Assembly (NCBI GenBank): GCA_040900105.1
Contig: JBBDZP010000010.1
Location: 1 to 46,443 of the forward strand
Source of the DNA: Candidatus Levyibacteriota bacterium
GTDB lineage: Bacteria > Patescibacteriota > Microgenomatia > Levybacterales > UBA12049
DNA: 46,443 bases
Direction of reading: 5' to 3'
The translations under genes and the position numbers were made by a program. Under the pieces are notes generated by a model that was given only the letters and a program-made list of their open reading frames with translations, was not told where the DNA came from and did not search any database. This document shows positions 25,725 through 34,421 of the stretch, piece by piece; position 1 is the first letter of the stretch, and each line of letters opens with the position of its first letter.

Positions 25725-26066
25725 ATGAATCAAGATAGAATACTTAGAAAAACAAGAAGAGTAAGAAGAAAAATATTTGGCACAAAAGATGCGCCAAGAC
25801 TTTCCGTGTTTAGATCAAATAAATATATGTATACCCAGCTAATAGACGATGAAAATAGAGAAACAATTCTTGCCATCTCTGAAAAGAAACTGGGGAAGAC
25901 AGAAGGCAAAAAATTTGACAGATCAAAAGAATTGGGGCTTCTTTTGGCAAAAGAAGCATTGGGTAAGAAAATTAAAAAAGTTATATTTGACAGAGGAAGA
26001 TATATCTATAAAGGAAGAATAAGAGCTCTAGCGGAAGGAGCAAGAGAGGGAGGACTTAATTTCTAA
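25725..26066 (+). CDS. rplR: 50S ribosomal protein L18
   Basis: RKTRRVRRKI.GT...PRLSVFRSNKYMYTQLIDD...FDRG.Y.Y.GR..ALAEGAREGGL.F. Confidence 0.95.
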   Translation: MNQDRILRKTRRVRRKIFGTKDAPRLSVFRSNKYMYTQLIDDENRETILAISEKKLGKTEGKKFDRSKELGLLLAKEALGKKIKKVIFDRGRYIYKGRIRALAEGAREGGLNF

Positions 26067-26548
26067 TGGCATACGGTAATTTTAAAAGAGAGCAAAACTC
26101 AGATGGATATGATGAAAAGATTATCCAGGTAAACAGAGTTTCCAAAAAAACTAAAGGCGGAAATAAAATTGGTTTCTCTGTTCTTATGGTTGTAGGGGAC
26201 AAGAAGGGTAAGGTAGGAGTTGGTCTTGGAAAAGCACCAGATGTAAGTTCTGCCATAAGAAAAGGCGCATCTGTTGCCAGAAAACACTTAATTGAAGTTC
26301 CTATTGTTAACACAACGATCCCTTTTAGGGTAGACATAAAACTTGGAGCAGCTAAAATTATTCTTAAGCCGGCACCTCGCGGAAGTGGAGTCATTGCAGG
26401 AGGAGCAGTAAGAAATGTTGTAACTGCAGCGGGTATCGAGAATATCTCCTCAAAAGTTTTGGGAACTAAAAACCAAGCGAGTAATGTTTATGCAACAATA
26501 GAAGCTCTGAAGCTTTTGGCGGAAAGGTATGAAAGGAAAGATAAATAA
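26066..26548 (+). CDS. rpsE: 30S ribosomal protein S5
   Basis: I.VNRVSKKTKGG....F..L.VVGD..G.VG.G.GKA..V..AI.KG. Confidence 0.95.
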   Translation: MAYGNFKREQNSDGYDEKIIQVNRVSKKTKGGNKIGFSVLMVVGDKKGKVGVGLGKAPDVSSAIRKGASVARKHLIEVPIVNTTIPFRVDIKLGAAKIILKPAPRGSGVIAGGAVRNVVTAAGIENISSKVLGTKNQASNVYATIEALKLLAERYERKDK

Positions 26549-26564
26549 CCTTAAAGGAAGATAT

Positions 26565-27002
26565 ATGCTAAGTTCTTTAAATAAAATTACACAAACAAAA
26601 AAGAAGAGGCTTGGACAAGGACACGGCTCCGGCCGTGTTAAGACATCCGGTCGTGGAACAAAAGGACAGAACGCAAGAAGCTCTAGGTCGCAATCTTTTG
26701 AAGGAGGAGCACTTCCTCTTATAAAACGCTTGCCGTTTAGGCGCGGAAAGGGAAGAAATAAGATTTTTAAAAGCAGACCCTTAGTTATAAATGTTAAGAC
26801 ATTGACGCTTCTTAAAAAAGATTCTATTGTTGACTTAGACACTCTTATCAAAAACCATATTGTTGATGAAAAAGATGCTAGAATGTATGGGGTCAAGATT
26901 TTAGGAGATGGCGATTTAGCCGTCTCTCTTACTGTTAGGCTGCCGGTTTCAAGAGGCGCCCGCAAAAAGATCGAAAAAGCAGGCGGAAAAGTAGAGCTGT
27001 AA
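26565..27002 (+). CDS. rplO: 50S ribosomal protein L15
   Basis: I moved the start to ATG 26565 (MLSSLNKI), with AAAGGAAG upstream. RLGQGHGSGRVKTSGRGTKGQNARS is present. It directly follows rpsE with no L30 gene between them. Confidence 0.94.
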   Translation: MLSSLNKITQTKKKRLGQGHGSGRVKTSGRGTKGQNARSSRSQSFEGGALPLIKRLPFRRGKGRNKIFKSRPLVINVKTLTLLKKDSIVDLDTLIKNHIVDEKDARMYGVKILGDGDLAVSLTVRLPVSRGARKKIEKAGGKVEL

Positions 27003-27008
27003 TAACAC

Positions 27009-28295
27009 ATGAACAACGTCGTAACACTTTTTAAAAATTCATTTAAAACTCCAAGTGTTAGGCGAAAAATCCTCTTCACAGCCGCAATATTTCTAGTTTT
27101 TAGAATATTTGCTCACATTCCCGTTGCAGGAGTTAATTTAGAAGCCTTGAAGAATCTTTTTTCCCAGAATCAATTCTTGGGTCTCTTAGATATCTTTTCA
27201 GGTGGAACTCTGGCCAACTTTTCCGTCATGGCATTAGGTCTTAATCCATATATTAACGCTTCGATAATCATGCAGCTTTTAACAATGGTTTTTCCAAAGC
27301 TTGAGGCACTCCAGAAAGAAGGGGAATCGGGCCGGAGGAAAATGAATCAATACACAAGAATGCTTACGGTGCCCCTGGCATTGTTTCAGGCAATCGGAAT
27401 GTACGCGCTTTTGCGTAGTCAGGGAATAATTACTGTTCTTGCCCCAATGGATTTGATTGCTTTTATGTTAACTATGACAGCAGGAAGCATGCTTCTGGTC
27501 TGGCTCGGAGAGTTAATCACAGAGAAAGGTTTGGGAAACGGAATCTCCCTTCTTATTTTTGCAGGAATTGTAGGAAGACTTCCTGTAACTCTTGGACAAA
27601 CAGCCTCAACCCTAAACAGTGGAAATTTTATAAACATAATCTTATTCTCCGCAGTCGCTCTAATAGTTATTGGATCAATAGTTCTTATAAATGAAGCAAC
27701 AAGGCAAATAAGCGTTTATTACGCAAAAAGAGTAAGAGGAAACAAAATGTATGGCGGACAAACAACTCATCTGCCGCTTAGGCTTAACCAAGCCGGGGTG
27801 ATTCCAATAATTTTTGCGGTTTCCTTAGTTCTTATGCCATCTCTTGTTGCTAACTATCTAACTGCTTCAAAAAATCCGGTGCTCTTTAATTTTGCAACAA
27901 CTTTAACAGAATGGTTTAACCCGAATGGGGTATTCTATAACGCGCTCTACTTTATTTTAATTGTCGGGTTTACTTATTTCTATACAGCCGTTGTTTTTAA
28001 TCCTAAGAAAATTGCGGATGAGATACAAAAATATGGCGGATTCATTCCGGGTATTAGGCCAGGTGCCTCAACCGCGCACTATCTGAATTATATCTTGACT
28101 CGCATTACTTTAGCAGGTGCCATATTTTTAGGTACGGTTGCTATCTTCCCAACTGTTGCAAGAGCCTTTACAAACGTACAAACATTACTCATTGGTGGAA
28201 CCGGAATACTAATCGTTGTGTCGGTAGTTCTTGAGACTATAAAGGCACTTGAAGCGCAGCTGGTAATGAAAAACTACGACTCGTTTACTAAGTAA
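27009..28295 (+). CDS. secY: Preprotein translocase subunit SecY
   Basis: 428 aa and multi-[18 protein letters not shown] and [21 protein letters not shown] are present. Confidence 0.96.
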   Translation: MNNVVTLFKNSFKTPSVRRKILFTAAIFLVFRIFAHIPVAGVNLEALKNLFSQNQFLGLLDIFSGGTLANFSVMALGLNPYINASIIMQLLTMVFPKLEALQKEGESGRRKMNQYTRMLTVPLALFQAIGMYALLRSQGIITVLAPMDLIAFMLTMTAGSMLLVWLGELITEKGLGNGISLLIFAGIVGRLPVTLGQTASTLNSGNFINIILFSAVALIVIGSIVLINEATRQISVYYAKRVRGNKMYGGQTTHLPLRLNQAGVIPIIFAVSLVLMPSLVANYLTASKNPVLFNFATTLTEWFNPNGVFYNALYFILIVGFTYFYTAVVFNPKKIADEIQKYGGFIPGIRPGASTAHYLNYILTRITLAGAIFLGTVAIFPTVARAFTNVQTLLIGGTGILIVVSVVLETIKALEAQLVMKNYDSFTK

Positions 28296-28310
28296 TCCGC
28301 CAAAGGCGGA
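28296..28310. repeat. Hairpin TCCGCC-aaa-GGCGGA immediately after the secY stop
   Basis: Perfect 6-bp GC stem with no U tract. It belongs to the same family as 20336-20348, 31860-31883 and 34835-34847. Confidence 0.75.
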
Positions 28311-28317
28311 CAAGAAT

Positions 28318-28866
28318 ATGAAACTTATTTTAATAGGAATTCAAGGAGCAGGAAAATCAACGCAGGGAAATTTACTCTCTGAAAAGTTTGGTATTCCCTA
28401 TCTGTCGACAGGGCATATTTTTAGAGAACTTGCCAAGGAAAAAACTCCGTTGGGCCGATACATAAAAGAAGTCATGAATGCAGGATATCTTATATCTGAT
28501 GATAAAACTCTTGAGATTGTAACAGAGTATCTTCACCGTCCGGAATACAAGAATGGATATATCTTGGATGGTTTTCCAAGAACTACCACCCAGGCGGAAG
28601 CTTTTGAGAATGGAATTGACAAAGTGATTTACTTGAAGGTTTCAGATAGAGAAGCCTTATGGAGACTTTCATACAGGGAGCCTGGAGACAGGCAGGATGA
28701 AACACTCTCCGCGATAAGAAAGAGAATAGAACAGTTTAATCAACTTACAAAACCGGTCCTTGATTTTTATAGAGAAAGAAGAAGGTTAATTGAAATTAAC
28801 GGAGAAAATTCAATTGAGGAAGTGTTCCAGGATATTCTAAATGGAATTGGACAAAGTGAACAGTAA
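28318..28866 (+). CDS. adk: Adenylate kinase (short-LID form)
   Basis: GIQGAGKSTQ P-loop and GYILDGFPRT are present. There is no Cys4 lid. Confidence 0.93.
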   Translation: MKLILIGIQGAGKSTQGNLLSEKFGIPYLSTGHIFRELAKEKTPLGRYIKEVMNAGYLISDDKTLEIVTEYLHRPEYKNGYILDGFPRTTTQAEAFENGIDKVIYLKVSDREALWRLSYREPGDRQDETLSAIRKRIEQFNQLTKPVLDFYRERRRLIEINGENSIEEVFQDILNGIGQSEQ

Positions 28867-29422
28867 GATTATTGGAATAACCGGAGCATTTGGAAGCGGT
28901 AAATCAACAGCAGCCGCATTTTTTGAGTCAAAGGGATTTAAGAAAATTATTCTTTCTCAGTTTCTTGAAGAGGAAGCAAGAAAGAGAGGAATAAAAGAAA
29001 TAACCAGGAAAATTTTGCAGAACATTGGGAACGAGTGGAGAGAAGAATACGGGGTTTCAATTCTTGGGGAAAAGGCTCTTGAGAAGATTTTGGCAGGAAG
29101 GCAAGAAAAAATTGTAGTCGATGGAATAAGAAATATTGGTGAAGTAGAAAAACTTAGAAACTCCGGTAATTTCATACTCATTGCAATGCTTTCAGACAGA
29201 ACAGTTCGCTTCGATCGCCTTAAGAATCTTAGGAGAAGAGAGAGCCTAACGTGGGAAATATTTGAAAAACTCGACAGCCGTGACGCGGGAGCCGGAGAAA
29301 AAGAAACAGGGCTGCAGGTGGATAGGTGCATAGGTATGGCAGATGTCAGAATAGAAAATAACGGAAGCGAAAAAGAGTTTAGAAAAAAACTTGAATATTT
29401 TTTAACGCAATATGAAAAATAA
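28841..29422 (+). CDS. P-loop nucleotide/dephospho-CoA-kinase-like protein (CoaE/UPF0200-like)
   Basis: IIGITGAFGSGKST P-loop and VVDGIRNIGEVEKLR are present. The start is ATG 28841 or GTG 28856, and both overlap the end of adk. Confidence 0.65.
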   Translation: MELDKVNSKIIGITGAFGSGKSTAAAFFESKGFKKIILSQFLEEEARKRGIKEITRKILQNIGNEWREEYGVSILGEKALEKILAGRQEKIVVDGIRNIGEVEKLRNSGNFILIAMLSDRTVRFDRLKNLRRRESLTWEIFEKLDSRDAGAGEKETGLQVDRCIGMADVRIENNGSEKEFRKKLEYFLTQYEK

Positions 29423-30092
29423 GAATTTTACAGTAGCAATTGATGGTCCGGTAGGTTCCGGAAAAGGAACATTGGCTGTTGCATTGTCAAAAAAATTAAA
29501 TGCTCTCTATATCTATACGGGAGGGATGTATAGAGCTCTTACCTTGAAATGTATGCGGGAGGGAGTAGATATTAGAAGCGAAGAAGAGGTCTTAAAAGTA
29601 CTTGGTAGTACGGTAATAGAGCTTGGTCCTACTGAATATGTTACTAAAGTCATGCTTGATGGTAAGGATGTATCCTCTGAAATTTTTTCTCAGGAAGTAG
29701 CCAAACACACTCCAATAGTTGCGTCACATGAGCGTGTTAGAAAAGAGATGGTTGCGCGGCAGAAGGAATTGATAGAGGATGCGACTGCAATAGTTGAAGG
29801 AAGGGATATTGCTTCCGATGTTTCTCCGGACGCAGATTTAAAAATCTATCTTACGGCAGACTTAGAGACAAGGGCAAAAAGAAGACTTGCCCAATTTCAA
29901 AAACGAGGAGTAGGGTTATCTTTAGATGAGGTAAAAAAGGAAGTTTTAGAAAGAGATAGGAAGGACATGGAGCGTCAGGCATCTCCATTGACAGTTGCAG
30001 GAGATGCGGTAGTTATTGATACCACAAACGATACCATTGAGCAAACTGTCGAAAAAGTTGAGAGTAAATTAAGAGAAAAGGGGTTAATTTGA
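29412..30092 (+). CDS. cmk: Cytidylate kinase
   Basis: AIDGPVGSGKGT, YTGGMYRA and GRDIASDV are present. Confidence 0.92.
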   Translation: MKNKNFTVAIDGPVGSGKGTLAVALSKKLNALYIYTGGMYRALTLKCMREGVDIRSEEEVLKVLGSTVIELGPTEYVTKVMLDGKDVSSEIFSQEVAKHTPIVASHERVRKEMVARQKELIEDATAIVEGRDIASDVSPDADLKIYLTADLETRAKRRLAQFQKRGVGLSLDEVKKEVLERDRKDMERQASPLTVAGDAVVIDTTNDTIEQTVEKVESKLREKGLI

Positions 30093-30841
30093 TAAATATA
30101 AAGACAGATAAGGAAATAGAAGAGATGCGGCGTGGGGGAAAAATTCTTGCTGAAGCTCTGTTTGAGACTTTAAAGCGAGTTGCGCCCGGAGTTTCGGAGT
30201 TGGAGCTTGATAAACTTGCCGAAGAATTGATTGTAAAAAAGGGAGGACAGCCGGGATTTAAAAGAGTTGACGGGTATAAGCACACAATTTGTATTTCTGT
30301 AAACAGCGTTGTTGTCCATGGGATTCCATGCAGTTATAAAATAAAAGAAGGAGATGTGGTTGGTATAGACTGCGGCGTTTTTTATAATGGTTTTAATACG
30401 GATATGGCAGAGACAATAGCTGTCGGGGAAATCGGGGAAGAAGTCAGAAAGTTTTTAGAAACGGGGAAAAGAGCTCTTGAGGAAGGCATAAAGCAGGCAA
30501 AGTCGGGTAATAGAGTGGGACATATTTCCAAGGCTATACAAGATACTGTTGAAGGTGCGGGATACTCTATTGTAGAAAGTCTGGTAGGGCATGGGGTTGG
30601 CAAAGATTTGCATGAAGATCCGGAAATTCCTGGTTTTTTAGTAGGCGAGATTGAAAAAAAACCTGTTTTAAAAGAAGGAATGACAATTGCGATTGAAGTT
30701 ATTTACAATATGGGTAAAAAAGATGTTGTATATCGTGGAGACGACCAGTGGACAATTAAAACCGAAGACAATAGTCTTTCCGGGCTTTTCGAGAGAACGG
30801 TCGCTGTAACAAATAAAGAGCCTATAATTCTGACTTCCTAG
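30089..30841 (+). CDS. map: Methionine aminopeptidase type I
   Basis: It has a TTG start overlapping the cmk stop. GDVVGIDCGV, NTDMAET, VGHGVGKDLHE, TIAIEV and FERTV give the metal-ligand context. Confidence 0.93.
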   Translation: MINIKTDKEIEEMRRGGKILAEALFETLKRVAPGVSELELDKLAEELIVKKGGQPGFKRVDGYKHTICISVNSVVVHGIPCSYKIKEGDVVGIDCGVFYNGFNTDMAETIAVGEIGEEVRKFLETGKRALEEGIKQAKSGNRVGHISKAIQDTVEGAGYSIVESLVGHGVGKDLHEDPEIPGFLVGEIEKKPVLKEGMTIAIEVIYNMGKKDVVYRGDDQWTIKTEDNSLSGLFERTVAVTNKEPIILTS

Positions 30842-30870
30842 TTGTCATTTCAAAGCTAATTTGTTATAAT
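30842..30870 (+). promoter_or_regulatory. Promoter upstream of infA (TTGTCA-17 nt-TGtTATAAT)
   Basis: TTGTCA at 30842-30847 and TATAAT at 30865-30870 with TG at 30862-30863. Confidence 0.6.
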
Positions 30871-30911
30871 TTGTGCTGAAGCGTCTAGTAGGAGAGAGGA
30901 CGCTATTATTT

Positions 30912-31136
30912 ATGGTTCATCAAGGCAGTTTTGAAGTAGAAGGAGTTGTTAAAGAGTCTTTGCCCAACACTCTTTTCAGAGTGGAACTTGAAGATGGGAA
31001 CATTGTTCTTTGTCATTTGTCCGGAAAAATGAGAGTAAATTTTATAAAGATTTTACCCGGGGATAGAGTAAGAATTGAAATGACTCCATATGACAAGACT
31101 AAAGGAAGAATTACATATAGGGGAACTGGTAGATAA
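30912..31136 (+). CDS. infA: Translation initiation factor IF-1
   Basis: I moved the start to ATG 30912 from the ORF-track 30873. [55 protein letters not shown] is present. Confidence 0.94.
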   Translation: MVHQGSFEVEGVVKESLPNTLFRVELEDGNIVLCHLSGKMRVNFIKILPGDRVRIEMTPYDKTKGRITYRGTGR

Positions 31137-31145
31137 GGAGAGTAT

Positions 31146-31207
31146 GTCATCCTGAGTGCAACGAAGGATCTATGAAAATTCAGATTCTTCACTTTGTTCG
31201 GAATGAC
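31146..31207. repeat. Imperfect 25-nt inverted repeat (GTCATCCTGAGTGCAACGAAGGATC ... GATTCTTCACTTTGTTCGGAATGAC) in the infA-rpmJ spacer
   Basis: The arms are 31146-31170 and 31183-31207. About 21 of 25 positions pair when G-U pairs are counted. The loop is 12 nt. Confidence 0.75.
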
Positions 31208-31220
31208 AATGAAAAAAATT

Positions 31221-31334
31221 ATGAAGGTTCACGCAAGTATAAAACAAAGATGTGCAAAGTGTAAAATAATTCGCAGAAAGGGCGTTTTACGTGTTGTGTG
31301 CGAAAATCCAAGACACAAACAAAGACAGGGATGA
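31221..31334 (+). CDS. rpmJ: 50S ribosomal protein L36
   Basis: It is below the ORF-track length cutoff. My translation is [37 protein letters not shown] (C-x2-C-x12-C-x4-H). An in-frame alternative ATG lies at 31209. Confidence 0.92.
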   Translation: MKVHASIKQRCAKCKIIRRKGVLRVVCENPRHKQRQG

Positions 31335-31340
31335 AAATAA

Positions 31341-31403
31341 CTAATAACTCAGAACTAATAACTAATAACTTTAGATTTTCGATTTTAGATATTAAATTTA
31401 AGA
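31341..31403. repeat. Nine 7-nt units (CTAATAA CTCAGAA CTAATAA CTAATAA CTTTAGA TTTTCGA TTTTAGA TATTAAA TTTAAGA) in the rpmJ-rpsM spacer
   Basis: Read directly. The phase is strictly 7 nt. Confidence 0.8.
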
Positions 31404-31419
31404 TGGAGCGAAGCGACTT

Positions 31420-31815
31420 ATGAGATTTTCAGGAATAAATATACCGGACGAAAAAAGAGTTGATGTTTCTCTTGCCTACCTTTATGGAGTAGGAAGAAGC
31501 AATGCTGTGGGAATTTTAAAAAAGGCTGAAGTAGACGCTGCAAAAAGAGTAAGGGATTTATCTGAAGACGAGCAAAAAAGAATTCAAAAAATATTGGATG
31601 AAAACAAAATTGAGGGAGATTTAAGAGCTGAAGTCTCAAACAATATTAGAAGACTTAAGGAAATAGGTTCTTACAGAGGCATAAGACACAGCAAAAATTT
31701 ACCGGCTCATGGACAAAGAACCAGAAGTAACGCAAGAACAAAAAGAGGAAAAAGGGTAACAATTGGAGCAATCAAAAAGGAAGTCGCAGCGAAGATGGGC
31801 ATAACAACCACCTAA
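31420..31815 (+). CDS. rpsM: 30S ribosomal protein S13
   Basis: MRFSGINIPDEKRV..SL.YLYGVGRS...YRG.RH...LP..GQRT..NART. Confidence 0.96.
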   Translation: MRFSGINIPDEKRVDVSLAYLYGVGRSNAVGILKKAEVDAAKRVRDLSEDEQKRIQKILDENKIEGDLRAEVSNNIRRLKEIGSYRGIRHSKNLPAHGQRTRSNARTKRGKRVTIGAIKKEVAAKMGITTT

Positions 31816-31816
31816 A

Positions 31817-31883
31817 GAATTATGATTAATGATTTAAGGTTTATGAATTTGAATTTGGGTCAATCCGCCTCTGGCGAGATTGA
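31817..31883. repeat. rpsM-rpsK spacer: 7-nt-period A/T repeat (31817-31858) followed by a GC hairpin (31860-31883)
   Basis: The repeat reads gaattat gattaat gatttaa ggtttat gaatttg. The hairpin is TCAATCCGCC-tct-GGCGaGATTGA. Confidence 0.8.
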
Positions 31884-31950
31884 AGGAGGAGAAACCAACT
31901 GAAAGCCAAAGTCCGAGCAGGACAAAGGCACCAAGTTGAGTTTTGACGAT

Positions 31951-32358
31951 ATGGCAGAAAAAAAACTAACAGATAAAAAAGCTACGGCAAAGAAAAAGAA
32001 TGAAGTAAAAGTTACTGCAGCGGGTAAAGTTTACATAACGGCAACTTTTAACAACACCTTAATAACTATAACCAATAGTGCTGGTGATGTTGTTTCTTGG
32101 AATTCTTCAGGAACTGCAGGTTTTAGAGGAACAAGAAAATCAACCCCATTTGCCGCAACCACTGCTATGGAAAACGCAGCAAGAAAAGCAATGGAAAAAG
32201 GCATTAAGACTGTTGACGTTTACATAAAAGGCCCAGGACCGGGAAGAGAATCATCTCTTCGTGGAATAAGAAGCGCGGGGCTTTCTATCTCAATGATTTC
32301 AGATTTAACGCCAATCCCACACAATGGCCCAAGGCCTAAGAAAAGGAGAAGGGTTTAA
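31951..32358 (+). CDS. rpsK: 30S ribosomal protein S11
   Basis: I moved the start to ATG 31951 from the ORF-track TTG 31936. [41 protein letters not shown] is present. Confidence 0.95.
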   Translation: MAEKKLTDKKATAKKKNEVKVTAAGKVYITATFNNTLITITNSAGDVVSWNSSGTAGFRGTRKSTPFAATTAMENAARKAMEKGIKTVDVYIKGPGPGRESSLRGIRSAGLSISMISDLTPIPHNGPRPKKRRRV

Positions 32359-32969
32359 TGGCTAGGTATAGAGGACCAAAACACAGGTTAGCAAGAAGGG
32401 AAGGAGAAAATATACTTGATAAGACATCAGCGTCACTTCAAAGACGTCTCAATGTCCCTCCTGGCGTCCATGGTAGAAAGGGGACAAGGAGAAGACTTTC
32501 CGAATACGGAATACAGCTTAGAGAAAAACAGAAGGCCAAAGTTATTTACGGAGTTTTAGAAAAGCAGATGCGAAGGATTGTTAACGAGGTCACAGCAAAA
32601 AAAGGAGACACAGGTGAACTTCTTGTGAGTATACTTGAAACACGACTTGACAATGTTGTCTACAGGCTTGGTTTTGGAAAGACAAGATATATGGCACGCC
32701 AGTTAGTCTCTCATGGACACATTTTTGTTAACGGAAAAAAACTTTCTATTCCTTCCTATTCTGTTAAGCAAGATGATGTTATTAGCCTTTCCCCTAAATT
32801 GAAAGCAAAGTTTGATGAGATACTGGCAATCCCAAATGAAAAGGACTTAATCTTGCCCCCATTCTTATCACGAAAAAAAGATGAGGGTACCCTTACTCGC
32901 TTACCAAAAAGAGAAGATATTGAAGTTCCTTTCAATCTTCAGCTAATTATTGAATATTATTCTAGATAG
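32358..32969 (+). CDS. rpsD: 30S ribosomal protein S4
   Basis: [14 protein letters not shown], and an S4 RNA-binding domain (RLDNVVYRLGF..TR..ARQLVSHGHI.VNG). Confidence 0.96.
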   Translation: MARYRGPKHRLARREGENILDKTSASLQRRLNVPPGVHGRKGTRRRLSEYGIQLREKQKAKVIYGVLEKQMRRIVNEVTAKKGDTGELLVSILETRLDNVVYRLGFGKTRYMARQLVSHGHIFVNGKKLSIPSYSVKQDDVISLSPKLKAKFDEILAIPNEKDLILPPFLSRKKDEGTLTRLPKREDIEVPFNLQLIIEYYSR

Positions 32970-32988
32970 TAGTATAATAGAAATTCGT

Positions 32989-33906
32989 ATGTTAGAGCCT
33001 ACACTCAACGTAAAAGAAATAAAAGCAGACGAAGCCTACGGGGAATTCATTATAGAGCCCTTAGAACCGGGCTATGGTCATACTCTGGGAAATGCACTTA
33101 GACGTGTTCTTCTTGCATCTATTCCTGGCGCAGCTGTAACCTCTGTTAAAATCTCAGGGGTTAAGCACAAATTTTCAACAGTCCCAGGACTAAAAGAAAA
33201 CATAGTTGATCTTCTGTTAAATATAAAGGGGCTCAATATTGGCCTTGTTGGTTCAAAGACCTCAAGTAAACTTTCTCTTTCCTCTCACGGAAATAAGAAA
33301 ATTACAGCAGGAGACTTGGAAAAATCTGAAGATGTTGAAGTTATAAACAAAGACCATTATCTGGGTTCTTTGGGAGATTCAAAAGCAAAGCTTGATATGG
33401 AGCTAACTGTAGAGAAAGGAATGGGATATTCATTGGCCGAAGAAAGAAGGTCAACCACTGTTGGCATTATATCAACAGACGCAATATTTACACCGGTCAG
33501 AAGAGTTAATTATGAAGTATCAGCAACAAGAGTTGGCCGCCAAACAAACTTAGATAAATTAACTCTTTCAATTTGGACCAATGGAGCAATTTCACCAAGA
33601 GAAGCACTAGACGAAGCAGGAAGAATTCTTTCTTCCTACTTTTCTCAGATCTATAACCCAACAGCAGTCGAAGTCTCAGGAACAACAAAAAGTTCTGTAT
33701 CTGACGGAGTATTAAAGCTTACGGTTGATGAGTTAGATTTACCAACAAGAATTTATAACAGTTTAAGAAACGGTGGAATAGAGACAATTGGTCAGATTTT
33801 AGAGACACCCAGAAAAGAACTTATTTCTATGAGAAATATGGGAAGCAAGTCCATAGGAATAATTGAAGAAAAACTTAAAGAAAAAGGCGTAGAGCTGGGA
33901 AGTTAA
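32989..33906 (+). CDS. rpoA: DNA-directed RNA polymerase subunit alpha
   Basis: I moved the start to ATG 32989 (MLEPTLNVKE). GHTLGNALRRVLLASIPGAAVTSVKI is present, with a C-terminal domain (LDLPTRIYNSLRNGGIETIGQIL). Confidence 0.95.
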   Translation: MLEPTLNVKEIKADEAYGEFIIEPLEPGYGHTLGNALRRVLLASIPGAAVTSVKISGVKHKFSTVPGLKENIVDLLLNIKGLNIGLVGSKTSSKLSLSSHGNKKITAGDLEKSEDVEVINKDHYLGSLGDSKAKLDMELTVEKGMGYSLAEERRSTTVGIISTDAIFTPVRRVNYEVSATRVGRQTNLDKLTLSIWTNGAISPREALDEAGRILSSYFSQIYNPTAVEVSGTTKSSVSDGVLKLTVDELDLPTRIYNSLRNGGIETIGQILETPRKELISMRNMGSKSIGIIEEKLKEKGVELGS

Positions 33907-33929
33907 TACTACAAGTATCCCCCATTTTT

Positions 33930-34421
33930 ATGAGGAAGAATGTATTTGGCAGAAAATTTAAAAGAGACAAAAATCAAAGAACAGCTTTGTTTAAGGGTTT
34001 AATGTCTTCTCTTGTTATGTACGGCAAAATAAAGACAACGGAAGCAAAGTCAAAAGCAATAAAAGGTGAGGTAGACAAGTTAGTTACAAGAGCCAGAAAA
34101 GATGTTAAACTCGCAAGAAGACTTTTGGAACCTCATTTGACGGCAGAAGCAGTGGACAAGTTTCTTGCAGAAGTTGTTCCTGTTTTTAGAGATAGGGATA
34201 GCGGATTTACAAAGACGGTTAGACTTGGAAATAGACTCAAGGATAATGCATCTTTGGTTCTTATGACATGGACGGATGAAATTCCAGTTAAAAGTGAAAA
34301 GTTAAAAGTGAAAAGTTCAGGAAAAACTTTGAAAGGAAAACCTGAAGTCAAAGAAAAGCCGAAGAGAGTTGGAAAAACTGCAGAAAAAGCACCAGTTAAA
34401 AAGACAAGGAGAAAAAAATAA
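33930..34421 (+). CDS. rplQ: 50S ribosomal protein L17 with a Lys-rich C-terminal extension
   Basis: The L17 core (R...ALFKGLMSSLVMYGKIKTT.AK.K......KL.T.A) is present. The tail reads IPVKSEKLKVKSSGKTLKGKPEVKEKPKRVGKTAEKAPVKKTRRKK. Confidence 0.94.
   Translation: MRKNVFGRKFKRDKNQRTALFKGLMSSLVMYGKIKTTEAKSKAIKGEVDKLVTRARKDVKLARRLLEPHLTAEAVDKFLAEVVPVFRDRDSGFTKTVRLGNRLKDNASLVLMTWTDEIPVKSEKLKVKSSGKTLKGKPEVKEKPKRVGKTAEKAPVKKTRRKK
34287..34314 (+). repeat. (GTTAAAA GTGAAAA)x2 heptanucleotide-period repeat inside the rplQ 3' coding extension
   Basis: It encodes VKSEKLKVKS, which closely parallels the rplD repeat peptide VKSQKSKVKS. Confidence 0.85.

Noticed and set aside
31332-31334. Alternative genetic code (UGA recoding as in some CPR lineages).
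   Set aside because: TGA terminates rpmJ, rplD and cmk at the expected family lengths. All conserved genes are intact under the standard code.
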